Source: an uncultured Verrucomicrobiota bacterium
Lineage (GTDB): Bacteria > Verrucomicrobiota > Verrucomicrobiia > Limisphaerales > UBA8199
Direction of reading: 5' to 3'
DNA: 62,599 bases
Assembly: GCA_903873945.1 (NCBI GenBank)
Contig: CAIQQM010000227.1
Location: forward strand, 66,781 to 129,379
This document shows positions 54,503 through 62,599 of the stretch, piece by piece (within the stretch, counting starts at the first letter, position 1; each line of letters begins with the position of its first letter). A program made the position numbers and the translations under genes. The notes beneath the pieces were generated by a model, which did not search any database, had not been told where the DNA came from, and was given only the letters and a program-made list of their open reading frames with translations.

Positions 54503-55558
54503 TCAGGCCTTCCACCACAAAAATACCGCTGTGATCACGATGTTCGCCAGCGCCAGCGGGATGAACCGTCGCCAGCCCAGATCCATTAATTGATCGTAGC
54601 GGAACCGCGGCCACATCCAGCGCACCCAGATCACCATGAACACGACGAACAACATCTTGCCCAGGAAGATGGCGATGTGCAGCAAACCGGCTGCAATTGT
54701 TTGGGCCGGCTGGTCCAGGCCGGCAAACGGGAGCGTCCAGCCGCCAAGGAACAGCGTTACCAGCATGCCGGCGGAAACCGCCATGCTCGCGTATTCGCCC
54801 ATGAAAAACAGGGCAAACTTCATCGAGCTGTATTCAACGTTGTAGCCTCCGGCCAGTTCCTGCTCCGCTTCGGGCAAATCAAACGGCAAGCGGTTCGTTT
54901 CGGCAAACATTGCGGCCAGGAAAATCACGAACGCGAGCGGCTGTTTGAAAATGAACCAGTCCAACCATCCGCCGGCCTGGTAGGCGATGACAGCGCCAAG
55001 ATTTAAGCGGCCTGCGAGGAGGAAGAGCGGCACGACTGACATTCCCATCGCGATTTCATACGAAATCATCTGGGCGCTGGAACGGATGCCGCCGAGGAAC
55101 GGGTACTTAGAGTTCGAAGCGTAGCCGGCGAGCACGATGCCATACACACCCAGCGACACGATGCCGAAAGTGTAGAGAATGCCCACGTTGAGATCGGCGA
55201 TCACCATCTTTTGGTGGCCGAGCTGCGACCCAAACGGAATGATAGCTACCGTCAACAGGCTCGGGATCATCACGATGGCCGGCGCCAGCCAGTAGTACGC
55301 CTTGCGCACATGCGCGGGAGTGAAGTCCTCTTTCAGGAACGCTTTGACGGCGTCCGCCGCGGGTTGCAGAAACCCGAAAATGCCGACACGGTTTGGGCCG
55401 CGACGATCCTGGATGGCGGCGGACACTTTGCGCTCGACCCAGACGGCGTAGGCCACGATGAACATCAGCACTGAAAAGACGCAAAGGATCTTCAGTGCAC
55501 TGAACAAGGCAAACTGCGCCCCGGGAGCCTGGAACCAATTTGTAAGCGCTTGTGCCAT
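54503..55558 (-). CDS. nuoH: NADH-quinone oxidoreductase subunit H
   Basis: 351 aa. RKVSAAIQDRRGPNRVG, SNSKYPFLGGIRSSAQMISYEI and ETNRLPFDLPEAEQEL blocks. Confidence 0.92.
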   Translation of the reverse strand: MAQALTNWFQAPGAQFALFSALKILCVFSVLMFIVAYAVWVERKVSAAIQDRRGPNRVGIFGFLQPAADAVKAFLKEDFTPAHVRKAYYWLAPAIVMIPSLLTVAIIPFGSQLGHQKMVIADLNVGILYTFGIVSLGVYGIVLAGYASNSKYPFLGGIRSSAQMISYEIAMGMSVVPLFLLAGRLNLGAVIAYQAGGWLDWFIFKQPLAFVIFLAAMFAETNRLPFDLPEAEQELAGGYNVEYSSMKFALFFMGEYASMAVSAGMLVTLFLGGWTLPFAGLDQPAQTIAAGLLHIAIFLGKMLFVVFMVIWVRWMWPRFRYDQLMDLGWRRFIPLALANIVITAVFLWWKA

Positions 55559-55561
55559 CTT

Positions 55562-57286
55562 CTAAATCTTTGCCGATATGCCTGTGTCACCGAGCGTGGC
55601 CCACGTTAGTCCGCTGAACGCCGGCACTTCTTTGGCCATTTCGTTAAACACGCCTTCAATGCTCGCGATACCATCCCGGCTCGTGACGTTGACCAGCAAC
55701 TCATGCAGGTATTCCCATTCCGGGCGGGCATCCCCGCGGGGTTCGACCGCTTTCAGGAATTTTTGCACGCGGCCTTTGGTGTTCGTGAATGTGCCGCGCT
55801 TTTCGGCATGCGCGCAACCGGGCAGCAGGTAATGCGCCCGCCTCGTCGTCGCGTTGGGCAGAATGTCGCTGGCGATGAGCAATTCGAGTTTGTCCAGCAA
55901 GTCCGCATCGATGCCGCATTTGGTTGCGTCTTCGCCGAAGACGATGAGAGTCTTGATGCGCCCGCTGCGAATGCCCCCGGCGATCGCTGGCAGATTTGAC
56001 CCCATGGGGTCCGCCGCAATGCCCGTCAGCCGCGCTCCCGTGCTGTTCGGATTCCGATCGGCATTCAATAGCAACTTGTCTCCGGCGGCGATGCGCGGGA
56101 CCGAATCGGTCAGCGCCCCAAGTCTCTTTGCCAGCTTGGCGAGCAGGTGGAGTTCTTCGTTCGTCTGGCGCGCCGAGGCCACTATGGCTATCGAGCCCGG
56201 CTCCGCCGCCTTCAGTTTCTGTGAAATTTCTCCAAGCACCGCGCTCCAGGTTGGCGCCGCGCTCCGGCTTCCCGACGCCTGTCCCCGACCCTCCGCTTCG
56301 CGCTTCCTGACTTCCACCAGCCTGTCTTCGCGGCCAATCCATTTGTAATTGAGGCGTCCATGGTCGCACATCCAGCACGAGTTTACGGCGTCGTTTTCGC
56401 GCGGTTCATAACGGTAAATCGCATCCTCGCGCGACCCGATCACGATATTGCAGCCTGTGGCGCAGCTCGTGCACAGGCTGCGCGTCTCCTTCAGGAACCA
56501 GACCCGCATTCGGAAGCGGAAGTCTTTGGACGTCAGCGCGCCGACCGGGCAGATGTCCACGGTGTTCAGCGTGTAGTTGTTGTCGAAGGCCCTGCCCGGA
56601 TATGCCGTGAGCGTGCTATGGCTGCCGCGGTTGACAAACCCAAGCGCATCGTCGCCGGCCACGTCGCGGGTGAACCGGATGCAGCGTGAGCACAGGATGC
56701 ATCGTTCGTCATCGAGCACAATCCGGGGGCCTAGTTCTACCCGCTTGGGTTTGTGCACTTTCGCTTCCACAAATCGGCTTTCAGAATTGCCGTAATCCAC
56801 GGAGTATTCCTGTAGCTTGCATTCGCCCGCCTGGTCGCAGATCGGGCAATCCAGTGGATGGTTGATGAGCAGAAATTCAAGGACACCTTCCCGCATCAGC
56901 CGGACCGCGGGAGTGTTCGTGTAAATCTCCATTCCCGGCGAAACTGGCGTCGCGCAGGCGATAACCGGGCGCAGCGCCCGGGATATCTTGGTCGTGCCGT
57001 CCGGATTCACAATCGGTTTGCGGTCGGGGCCGATGGCGGGCGTGCCGAACTCGACCAGGCACATCCGGCAGCTCCCCGCGACCGGTAGCTTGGGATGATA
57101 GCAATAATGCGGCACGATCACGTTCGCGGCGGCGCAGGCCTGGATCATCGATGTCGGCAACGGCTTGCCCGTGACCGGGTCCGGCGTCGTCTTCGGCACT
57201 GCCACCTCTTTGCCGTCCACCTTCACTTTGATCTTCTCGGCCGGTGGCGGCTGGGGCTTGGTTTCAATTGTGGCTGCTGTGGACAT
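55562..57286 (-). CDS. nuoG: NADH-quinone oxidoreductase subunit G (short form, about 574 aa)
   Basis: Start chosen at ATG 57286 (alternative 57301; the track start 57565 overlaps nuoF and is unlikely). HYCYHPKLPVAGSCRMCLVE, NHPLDCPICDQAGECKLQ and CILCSRCIRF cluster motifs. Confidence 0.85.
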   Translation of the reverse strand: MSTAATIETKPQPPPAEKIKVKVDGKEVAVPKTTPDPVTGKPLPTSMIQACAAANVIVPHYCYHPKLPVAGSCRMCLVEFGTPAIGPDRKPIVNPDGTTKISRALRPVIACATPVSPGMEIYTNTPAVRLMREGVLEFLLINHPLDCPICDQAGECKLQEYSVDYGNSESRFVEAKVHKPKRVELGPRIVLDDERCILCSRCIRFTRDVAGDDALGFVNRGSHSTLTAYPGRAFDNNYTLNTVDICPVGALTSKDFRFRMRVWFLKETRSLCTSCATGCNIVIGSREDAIYRYEPRENDAVNSCWMCDHGRLNYKWIGREDRLVEVRKREAEGRGQASGSRSAAPTWSAVLGEISQKLKAAEPGSIAIVASARQTNEELHLLAKLAKRLGALTDSVPRIAAGDKLLLNADRNPNSTGARLTGIAADPMGSNLPAIAGGIRSGRIKTLIVFGEDATKCGIDADLLDKLELLIASDILPNATTRRAHYLLPGCAHAEKRGTFTNTKGRVQKFLKAVEPRGDARPEWEYLHELLVNVTSRDGIASIEGVFNEMAKEVPAFSGLTWATLGDTGISAKI

Positions 57287-57294
57287 TGTCTCAG

Positions 57295-58701
57295 TTAGCA
57301 TTGCGGGCTGGCGGCCGGCTTCATGCGGCGCTCTTCGTCCGCGGCGCCCTTCGCGATAAACTCGTCCTTGAACTTGCCGACAAAACTTTGCACCGGCCAG
57401 GCGCAGGCTTCGCCAAAGGCGCAAATCGTGCGGCCGCCGGGTATGTTGTCTGCAATCCTGAGCAGGTAATCGGCGTCCGTGCTGCGGCCTCCACCGTGGG
57501 TGAGCCGATGCAGGGCCTTGGCCATCCAAAGCGAACCTTCGCGGCAGGGCGTGCATTGGCCGCAACTCTCATGCGCGTAAAACTCCGCGATGTTTGACAG
57601 CGCCTCGACCATGTCGGTCGAATCGTCCATTACGATGAGCGCGCCCGAGCCGGACATGCTTCCGGCCTCGATGATTGAATCGAAATCGTACGGCAAATCG
57701 AGCAGCTCGACCTCCTTCTCCGCTTCCCGACCCAGAAGGCTGTTGCCCTTGAGCTTGAATTTCTCACCGGCCTTGAAAATTTTCGCGGAGGAGCCGCCCG
57801 GAATGATGGCTTTCAGCTTGCGTCCATCCCTCAAACCGCCGCCGAAACAGGGATCATGGATGAGCTCGCCGATCGTAACCTTGCCGACCTCGATTTCGTA
57901 ATAGCCCGGCCGTTTGACGTGGCCGCTGATGCTGACGATGCGTGTGCCGGTGTTATTGGGCGTTCCCAGCTTCGCATATTCCGCACCGCCCATCGCGGTG
58001 ATGTGCTTTACCGCGCACAGCGTTTCGACGTTGTTGACAATTGTCGGGCACAGGTAGAGCCCCAGCACCGCCGGAAAATACGGCGGCTTGATCCGGGGAT
58101 AGGCGCGCCGGCCTTCCAGCGATTCGATCAAACCTGTCTCCTCCCCGCAAATGTAAGCGCCCGCGCCGCGATGAATGTGAATCTCGAGGTCATAGCCGCT
58201 GCCTAGAATGTTCCGGCCGAGAAAATTCTTCGCGCGGGCTTCCCGCAGCGCGCGGGCGAGAATCTTCGCGCCTTCGACGAACTCGCCTCGAATGTAGATA
58301 TAGGCCAGGTGCGCGTCATTCGCATAGCAGGCGATAATCATGCCTTCGAGCATCTGGTGCGGGTCTTTGTAGATGATCTGTTTGTCCTTGAACGTGCCCG
58401 GCTCGGACTCATCCGCGTTGCAAATCAGGTGGATCGGCTTGCCGCTTTTCCGATCGACAAAAGACCATTTGAGTCCGCATGGGAAACCGGCTCCGCCACG
58501 CCCGCGCAGCCCGGAAATCATGACTTCCTGGCGAATCTGCTCGGGACCTGTCGTTGTTTTGCCGTCGGCTTGCGTCTTTGGCGGGAGCGTGATCGCCTTT
58601 TTCAGCGCCTCGTAACCGCTATGGCGCAAGTAGCATTCTATATCCGGGGTGTAACCCGGCTGGTCAACATATTTCAGAATTTGCCTGTGCTCTTGCGGCA
58701 T
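57295..58701 (-). CDS. nuoF: NADH-quinone oxidoreductase subunit F
   Basis: ATG at 58701 (MPQEHRQILKY). GLRGRGGAGFPCGLKW (FMN site), ESCGQCTPCREG (4Fe-4S). Confidence 0.92.
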   Translation of the reverse strand: MPQEHRQILKYVDQPGYTPDIECYLRHSGYEALKKAITLPPKTQADGKTTTGPEQIRQEVMISGLRGRGGAGFPCGLKWSFVDRKSGKPIHLICNADESEPGTFKDKQIIYKDPHQMLEGMIIACYANDAHLAYIYIRGEFVEGAKILARALREARAKNFLGRNILGSGYDLEIHIHRGAGAYICGEETGLIESLEGRRAYPRIKPPYFPAVLGLYLCPTIVNNVETLCAVKHITAMGGAEYAKLGTPNNTGTRIVSISGHVKRPGYYEIEVGKVTIGELIHDPCFGGGLRDGRKLKAIIPGGSSAKIFKAGEKFKLKGNSLLGREAEKEVELLDLPYDFDSIIEAGSMSGSGALIVMDDSTDMVEALSNIAEFYAHESCGQCTPCREGSLWMAKALHRLTHGGGRSTDADYLLRIADNIPGGRTICAFGEACAWPVQSFVGKFKDEFIAKGAADEERRMKPAASPQC

Positions 58702-58781
58702 CTTATTCCCGGCTTTCGGTTCCTGCCCCGCCAACGAGTCTTGACTCCTTCTGCGGGCACTTTACCTTAAGGACGCTCCTT

Positions 58782-58855
58782 TGCCCGATGGTGTAACGGT
58801 AGCACAGCAGACTCTGGATCTGTTTGTCATGGTTCAAATCCATGTCGGGCAGCCA
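58782..58855 (+). tRNA. tRNA-Gln (anticodon CUG), CCA encoded
   Basis: Hand-folded cloverleaf. Acceptor stem TGCCCGA/TCGGGCA. D-arm GTGT-AACGGTA-GCAC. Anticodon stem GCAGA/TCTGT with loop CTCTGGA (CTG at 58814-58816). T-arm CATGG-TTCAAAT-CCATG. Discriminator G plus CCA at 58853-58855. Confidence 0.85.
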
Positions 58856-58893
58856 TTCCCCATTTGCGTTCCTGGAGTTTCGATCTTGAAAGT

Positions 58894-59442
58894 TCATTGG
58901 CCGCGCCCTTTCAGAATCTCGTCGGCTTTTTTCAGGGAGACTCCTTCATGAAAAGTGTCGTTACACATCATGACCGGCGCGGTGCCGCACCCGGCCAGGC
59001 ACTCGACAAACTCGACTGTATATTTGCCGTCCCCGGTTGTTTGCGGTCCGTGCGCCTTTGCGTCCAGGCCCAGTTTCTTGCAAAAATGCTCATGCAGCTC
59101 GTAGGCGCCGCCTAGCGCGCAGCTCAGCGTGCGGCAGATCTTCAGGTGGCATTTCCCAACCGGTTTCTGGTGGAACATCGGGTAGAAAGTCACGAGTTCG
59201 TAAATGTTGATGGGCGCGAGCTCCAGCCTCGCCGCGATCCATACAACTGCCTGTTGTGAAATGTAGCCGAAGTGGTCTTGAAATGCGTGGAGCAGCATAA
59301 GGGATGCGCTCCGCTTCACCGGGTAATGTGTGATGAGCTCGTCCGCCTCCGCCGCCAGCGCGGCGGGCACGGCAAAGTCCGGCTGGCTCAGCAGCGCGTT
59401 CGGAATGGGTTCAGTCGTGTGGCTCTCGTTCATCGGTCGCAT
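58894..59442 (-). CDS. nuoE: NADH-quinone oxidoreductase subunit E
   Basis: ICRTLSCALGG and VECLAGCGTAPVMM 2Fe-2S motifs. An alternative start at 59433 abuts the nuoD stop. Confidence 0.9.
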   Translation of the reverse strand: MRPMNESHTTEPIPNALLSQPDFAVPAALAAEADELITHYPVKRSASLMLLHAFQDHFGYISQQAVVWIAARLELAPINIYELVTFYPMFHQKPVGKCHLKICRTLSCALGGAYELHEHFCKKLGLDAKAHGPQTTGDGKYTVEFVECLAGCGTAPVMMCNDTFHEGVSLKKADEILKGRGQ

Positions 59443-60716
59443 TCCCCCATGACAAAATCAAACGAGCCGAGGATGGTCGCCACGTCGGCGATCATGTGCC
59501 CTGGCAGTAGCCGCGTCAGGATGCTCAGGTTCACAAACGAGGGCGATCGGATCTTCAGTCGGTGCGGCGTGCCGCCCCCTTTGCTGTTGATGTAGAAGCC
59601 AAGTTCCCCTTTGGGATTCTCCGCGCCAAAATAAATCTCGCCGGGGGGCGCGTTCACGCCCTGGGTTACGTTGATGAAGTGGTGGATCAGCTCCTCCATC
59701 CGGGTCAGCACGTGGTCCTTTGGCGGCAGGACGATTTTGCTGTCGGGAACATTGATTGGGCCGTCGGGCAGTGTGTCGAGGCATCTGCGCAAAATCCGCA
59801 CGCTCTGGCGCATCTCCTCGATGCGCACCAGGTACCGGTCGTAACTGTCCCCGGTTGTCCCGACAGGCACGTCAAATTCCAGTTGGTCGTAAACAAGGTA
59901 CGGCTGCGCCTTGCGCAAATCGTGGTTCACTCCGCTCCCGCGCAGGTTCGGGCCGCTTAGCCCGTAGTCGATGGCATCTGCTTTCGAGATAACGCCCACA
60001 CCCTGCGTGCGATCCACAAAAATGCGGTTCCGGGTCAGCAACGTTTCCGTTTCGTCGATGTTAATCACGACTTCGTCCAGAAATTTCCGGCATTGCTCGG
60101 TCCAGCCCGGCGGCAGGTCGCGTGACAAACCGCCGATGCGCGTGTAACTCGTGGTAAATCGCGCGCCGGTGAGGGATTCGCAAAGATTATAGATTTTTTC
60201 CCGCTCGGTGAAGGTGTGAAGAAATACCGTCATCGCTCCCACGTCCATCGCGTACGAACCCATGCCCAGCAGGTGGGACGAAATTCGCGCCAGCTCGCAG
60301 CAGATCACACGGATAAACTGGCAGCGGGGCGGCAATTTTTTGTCAATGCCCAGCAGTTTTTCAACCGCGAGCGCATACGCCACGTTGTTGGCGAGCGGAG
60401 CCAGGTAATCCAGTCGGTCCGTGTAAGGGATGAACTGGGTGTAGGTCATGTTCTCCGCGATTTTCTCGTCGCCCCGGTGTAGGTAGCCAACCTCGGGTGT
60501 GGCCTTGGTGATGATTTCGCCGTCGAGCTCAAGAACGATCCGCAGGACACCGTGCGTCGATGGATGCGACGGTCCCATGTTCAGGACCATTTTTTCACCC
60601 CGGAGCTCCGCGGGTTCCTTGTCGGTACCGGGCGAAGACGCATTCTCAAGGGCCTGTGCCGCCTCTGCGGCCCTCGCCCCGGCGTCCTTGAACTCAACCT
60701 TTTGCGTGTCCGCCAT
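59430..60716 (-). CDS. nuoD: NADH-quinone oxidoreductase subunit D
   Basis: ATG at 60716, 1 nt after the nuoC stop. NMGPSHPSTHGVLR, GYLHRGDEKIAE and RIRSPSF blocks. Confidence 0.92.
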   Translation of the reverse strand: MADTQKVEFKDAGARAAEAAQALENASSPGTDKEPAELRGEKMVLNMGPSHPSTHGVLRIVLELDGEIITKATPEVGYLHRGDEKIAENMTYTQFIPYTDRLDYLAPLANNVAYALAVEKLLGIDKKLPPRCQFIRVICCELARISSHLLGMGSYAMDVGAMTVFLHTFTEREKIYNLCESLTGARFTTSYTRIGGLSRDLPPGWTEQCRKFLDEVVINIDETETLLTRNRIFVDRTQGVGVISKADAIDYGLSGPNLRGSGVNHDLRKAQPYLVYDQLEFDVPVGTTGDSYDRYLVRIEEMRQSVRILRRCLDTLPDGPINVPDSKIVLPPKDHVLTRMEELIHHFINVTQGVNAPPGEIYFGAENPKGELGFYINSKGGGTPHRLKIRSPSFVNLSILTRLLPGHMIADVATILGSFDFVMGECDR

Positions 60717-60717
60717 C

Positions 60718-61353
60718 TTACTTCCTCGGTTCAATTGGTCCCGATTCGCGGGAATGGCCGTGCGCTTCTCTGCCGTCCGGCTCCGGAATTCGCACGCGCG
60801 GCTCACGCGCAGGCGCGTTTTTGCCGCCGGCGATTGTCACAAACGGGCCGCCTTCCATTGGTGCGGCTTGCGTGAAAGCGACCTCGGGCAGATCGGTCGG
60901 TTTGCCGGCGAGCGGGAAATCCTTGCGCAGCGGAAAGTGAGGATAGCCTTCCCACATCAGGATCCGTCGCAGGTCTGGATGGCCGCGAACCCGGATGCCC
61001 ATCATATCGTAAATCTCCCGCTCGTGCCAGTCCGCCGTCCGCCACACGCCGGTGACCGTCGGCAATTCGGATTTCTCCTCGCTGACCCCCGTCTTGAGCC
61101 GGAGATAAGAACGGTGCCCGTAGCCGTACAGGTGATAAACGATGGTAAACCGTGGGTCGTCCCCGTAATTGTCCACGCTCGTGATGTCCACCAGGTAATC
61201 AAATCCCAGTTCCTCTTTGGCAAACGCGCAAACCTCCGGCATCCGCTCGGCGTCCGCCACTCTGAGGGTGATCTCGCCGCGAAACTCGGCTGGTTCCAAA
61301 ATCAGCTCGCCGAATTTTTCCCTGAGTTGTTGGGCAAGTTCGAGGGCGCTCAT
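60718..61353 (-). CDS. nuoC: NADH-quinone oxidoreductase subunit C
   Basis: ATG at 61353 forms an ATGA overlap with the nuoB stop. [10 protein letters not shown] and [15 protein letters not shown] blocks. About 45-aa C-terminal extension. Confidence 0.9.
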   Translation of the reverse strand: MSALELAQQLREKFGELILEPAEFRGEITLRVADAERMPEVCAFAKEELGFDYLVDITSVDNYGDDPRFTIVYHLYGYGHRSYLRLKTGVSEEKSELPTVTGVWRTADWHEREIYDMMGIRVRGHPDLRRILMWEGYPHFPLRKDFPLAGKPTDLPEVAFTQAAPMEGGPFVTIAGGKNAPAREPRVRIPEPDGREAHGHSRESGPIEPRK

Positions 61354-61859
61354 GCCACCTTCTTCAACGTGGCGATAACCGGCTCCCTGGCTATCTTGTT
61401 TTGCAGCTTGATAAGCGCATCCAGCAGGGCTTCGGGGCGCGGCGGGCAGCCGGCGACGTACACATCCACCGGCAGGATTCGGTCCACACCCTGCAGCACG
61501 GAATAGCTCCGGTACATCCCCCCGGTCGAGGCGCAGGCGCCCATGGCAATCACCCATTTCGGCTCCGCCATCTGGTCATAAATCCGTTTCACCGCCAGCG
61601 CCATCTTGTACGTCACCGTGCCGGAGACAATCATCACGTCCGATTGGCGTGGGGAAAAGCGCATCACTTCGGCACCGAAGCGGGAAATGTCGAACCGGCT
61701 TGCCCCGGCAGCCATCAACTCGATCGCGCAACAAGCCAGCCCCATCGGCATGGGCCAGAGGGAGTTTTTGCGGCACCAGTTCAGCGCGGCATCCACTCGC
61801 GTGACCACTATGTCACCCTCGATTTTCGAGTTATAGCCGATTTCCGTGCTTGTTTGCAT
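61350..61859 (-). CDS. nuoB: NADH-quinone oxidoreductase subunit B
   Basis: [16 protein letters not shown] and AGCPPRPE motifs (N2 cluster ligands). Confidence 0.93.
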   Translation of the reverse strand: MQTSTEIGYNSKIEGDIVVTRVDAALNWCRKNSLWPMPMGLACCAIELMAAGASRFDISRFGAEVMRFSPRQSDVMIVSGTVTYKMALAVKRIYDQMAEPKWVIAMGACASTGGMYRSYSVLQGVDRILPVDVYVAGCPPRPEALLDALIKLQNKIAREPVIATLKKVA

Positions 61860-61920
61860 AGGATCGAACGAATCTGAAACACGCCGCTGCTGTGTGCCGT
61901 TTTCAACCTAGTCATCGCCC

Positions 61921-61953
61921 AAAAGGCAGGCAAGTTGAATTTGCCGGTTTTTA
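61921..61953. terminator. Weak A-tract / hairpin / T-tract element upstream of nuoB
   Basis: AAAA-GGCAGGCAA-gttgaat-TTGCCGG-TTTTTA. Only 5-6 bp pair, with one mismatch. Symmetric A and T tracts would allow action in either direction. Low confidence. Confidence 0.25.
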
Positions 61954-62096
61954 CGCCCTTTGCCTTTCTCCAAGTGGTCACGAAGTGTCTGCGCTTGACC
62001 GTTCATATTAAACCGCCCAATCTCGCGGCAATGAGTTTGGTCCTGACAACAACGTCAGCACTTTTGACCCGAAACACCCCCAATATGGCATTATCA

Positions 62097-62109
62097 GGTC
62101 AAATTGACC
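62097..62109. promoter_or_regulatory. 13-bp palindrome GGTCAA-A-TTGACC in the nuoB / 62142-ORF divergent region
   Basis: Read directly. It carries a TTGACC (-35-like) hexamer on both strands. Lies 33 nt upstream of the 62142 ATG. Confidence 0.25.
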
Positions 62110-62141
62110 TGTCAATCAATGGTTAGCCGAGTTGAAGGTGT

Positions 62142-62513
62142 ATGGAAGCACTTTATGCATCTGTTCCGTTTGCGGCTGCGGTGACTGCGGTCGCCATGCT
62201 TATCGCGGGCTTCTTAAGAGTCCGGCCGGTTTTGTTCGTCGCTTCTCTTGCGGTGCTCTTCTTGGCGTGCGGCTTAGCTTTAGCCAGTGGTGCCGTGCCC
62301 GGGGCCGCTCCGGCTTTTCTTATGGTCTTTGGTGCCATCTCTATCGTCCTGAGTGCGCGGGTCAGGCCAGGAGCCTTCGTCTCTCGCGGTGGCTTACGCG
62401 TGATCGGAGTATTTCTGTTCGTTCTCGGAGTCGTGGGTTTGACGCCGTCGCTAAAGACGAGGTCTAACGAATCGCGAGCCTGTGTGAAAACTCCCTGGCG
62501 GCAAGTGGGATGA
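62142..62513 (+). CDS. Hypothetical small membrane protein
   Basis: 123 aa ORF with about 4 hydrophobic spans and GAAGGTG 4 nt upstream of the ATG. An overlapping antisense ORF shares third codon positions, so codon statistics cannot discriminate. It is not NuoA-like (no YECG-type motif). Confidence 0.4.
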   Translation: MEALYASVPFAAAVTAVAMLIAGFLRVRPVLFVASLAVLFLACGLALASGAVPGAAPAFLMVFGAISIVLSARVRPGAFVSRGGLRVIGVFLFVLGVVGLTPSLKTRSNESRACVKTPWRQVG

Positions 62514-62599
62514 AGTGTGGCTCGTAGAGGTTTTTTCTCTTCGCTTTTTGTTCCGCCGCAGGGATCGGATATAACCGATCCAGCCCGCGGGATGTGCTA

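Noticed and set aside
58703-58897. 64-aa minus-strand ORF in the nuoE-nuoF spacer
   Set aside because: It is the reverse complement of the tRNA-Gln gene and its flanks. The tRNA cloverleaf explains the region.
60499-61506. 335-aa plus-strand ORF
   Set aside because: It is entirely antisense to nuoD and nuoC, which carry unambiguous complex I motifs. Its Arg/Ala/Pro/Ser-rich composition is typical of shadow ORFs in GC-rich DNA.
62153-62338. 61-aa Lys/Ala-rich minus-strand ORF (histone-H1-like composition) upstream of nuoB
   Set aside because: It overlaps the longer 123-aa plus-strand membrane ORF in the frame where third codon positions coincide. The K/T/A-rich composition is what the antisense of a T2-rich hydrophobic gene would give. 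This cannot be fully excluded, since the weak terminator-like element at 61921-61953 would fit a minus-strand transcript. It needs expression or conservation data.
62562-62581. 7-bp hairpin GGATCGG-atataa-CCGATCC near the window end
   Set aside because: No U-tract, and the context is truncated by the window edge. Not interpretable.

Overview
GC-rich, gene-dense window that reads as core chromosome of a diderm bacterium. It is possibly PVC/Verrucomicrobiota-like, but that is an inference from gene families only. I support about 57 protein genes, 1 tRNA, 1 decayed gene fragment, and a few repeats, palindromes and hairpins.

Gene order:
- mnmG (3' part), surA-like, pdxA
- a large two-domain U32 protein, a Sel1 protein, DUF2851, HtrA
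- a same-strand envelope cluster: ABC ATPase, ABC-2 permease, GldG-like, DUF4340, AsmA/TamB-like, galE
- a frameshifted receiver-domain relic, an unknown 4-TM protein, and a TMTC-like glycosyltransferase with DNA-level tandem TPR repeats
- DUF883, an Fe-S aldo/keto reductase, DUF2127, PA0069-type radical SAM plus Smr
- cstA with an unusual tail, nadD, rsfS, a PUR-alpha-like protein, DUF4149, a GST-like protein
- a second same-strand envelope cluster: two coiled-coil tail-anchored proteins, opgG, an unknown ORF, opgH, lptD-like
- lysA, a SHOCT protein, a squalene/phytoene-synthase-like gene, argH, a Zn-ribbon membrane protein, a Fur-family regulator, cinA, a ferredoxin
- a nuoB-to-nuoN complex I operon

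I saw no transposase, integrase, CRISPR array, rRNA, or recognisable defence or toxin-antitoxin genes, so I cannot point to a clear-cut novel mobile or defence system.

The most unusual items:
1. A tRNA-Gln(CUG) gene lies antisense between nuoE and nuoF, and the operon has no nuoA.
2. opgG and opgH are split by an uncharacterised membrane-anchored ORF and preceded by two coiled-coil anchor proteins.
3. The ABC/GldG/DUF4340/AsmA-like cluster has no known substrate.
4. CstA carries an 86-aa tail ending in RRCC, reminiscent of the small YbdD/YjiX partner proteins.

All family names come from motif recognition by eye. No searches were run.
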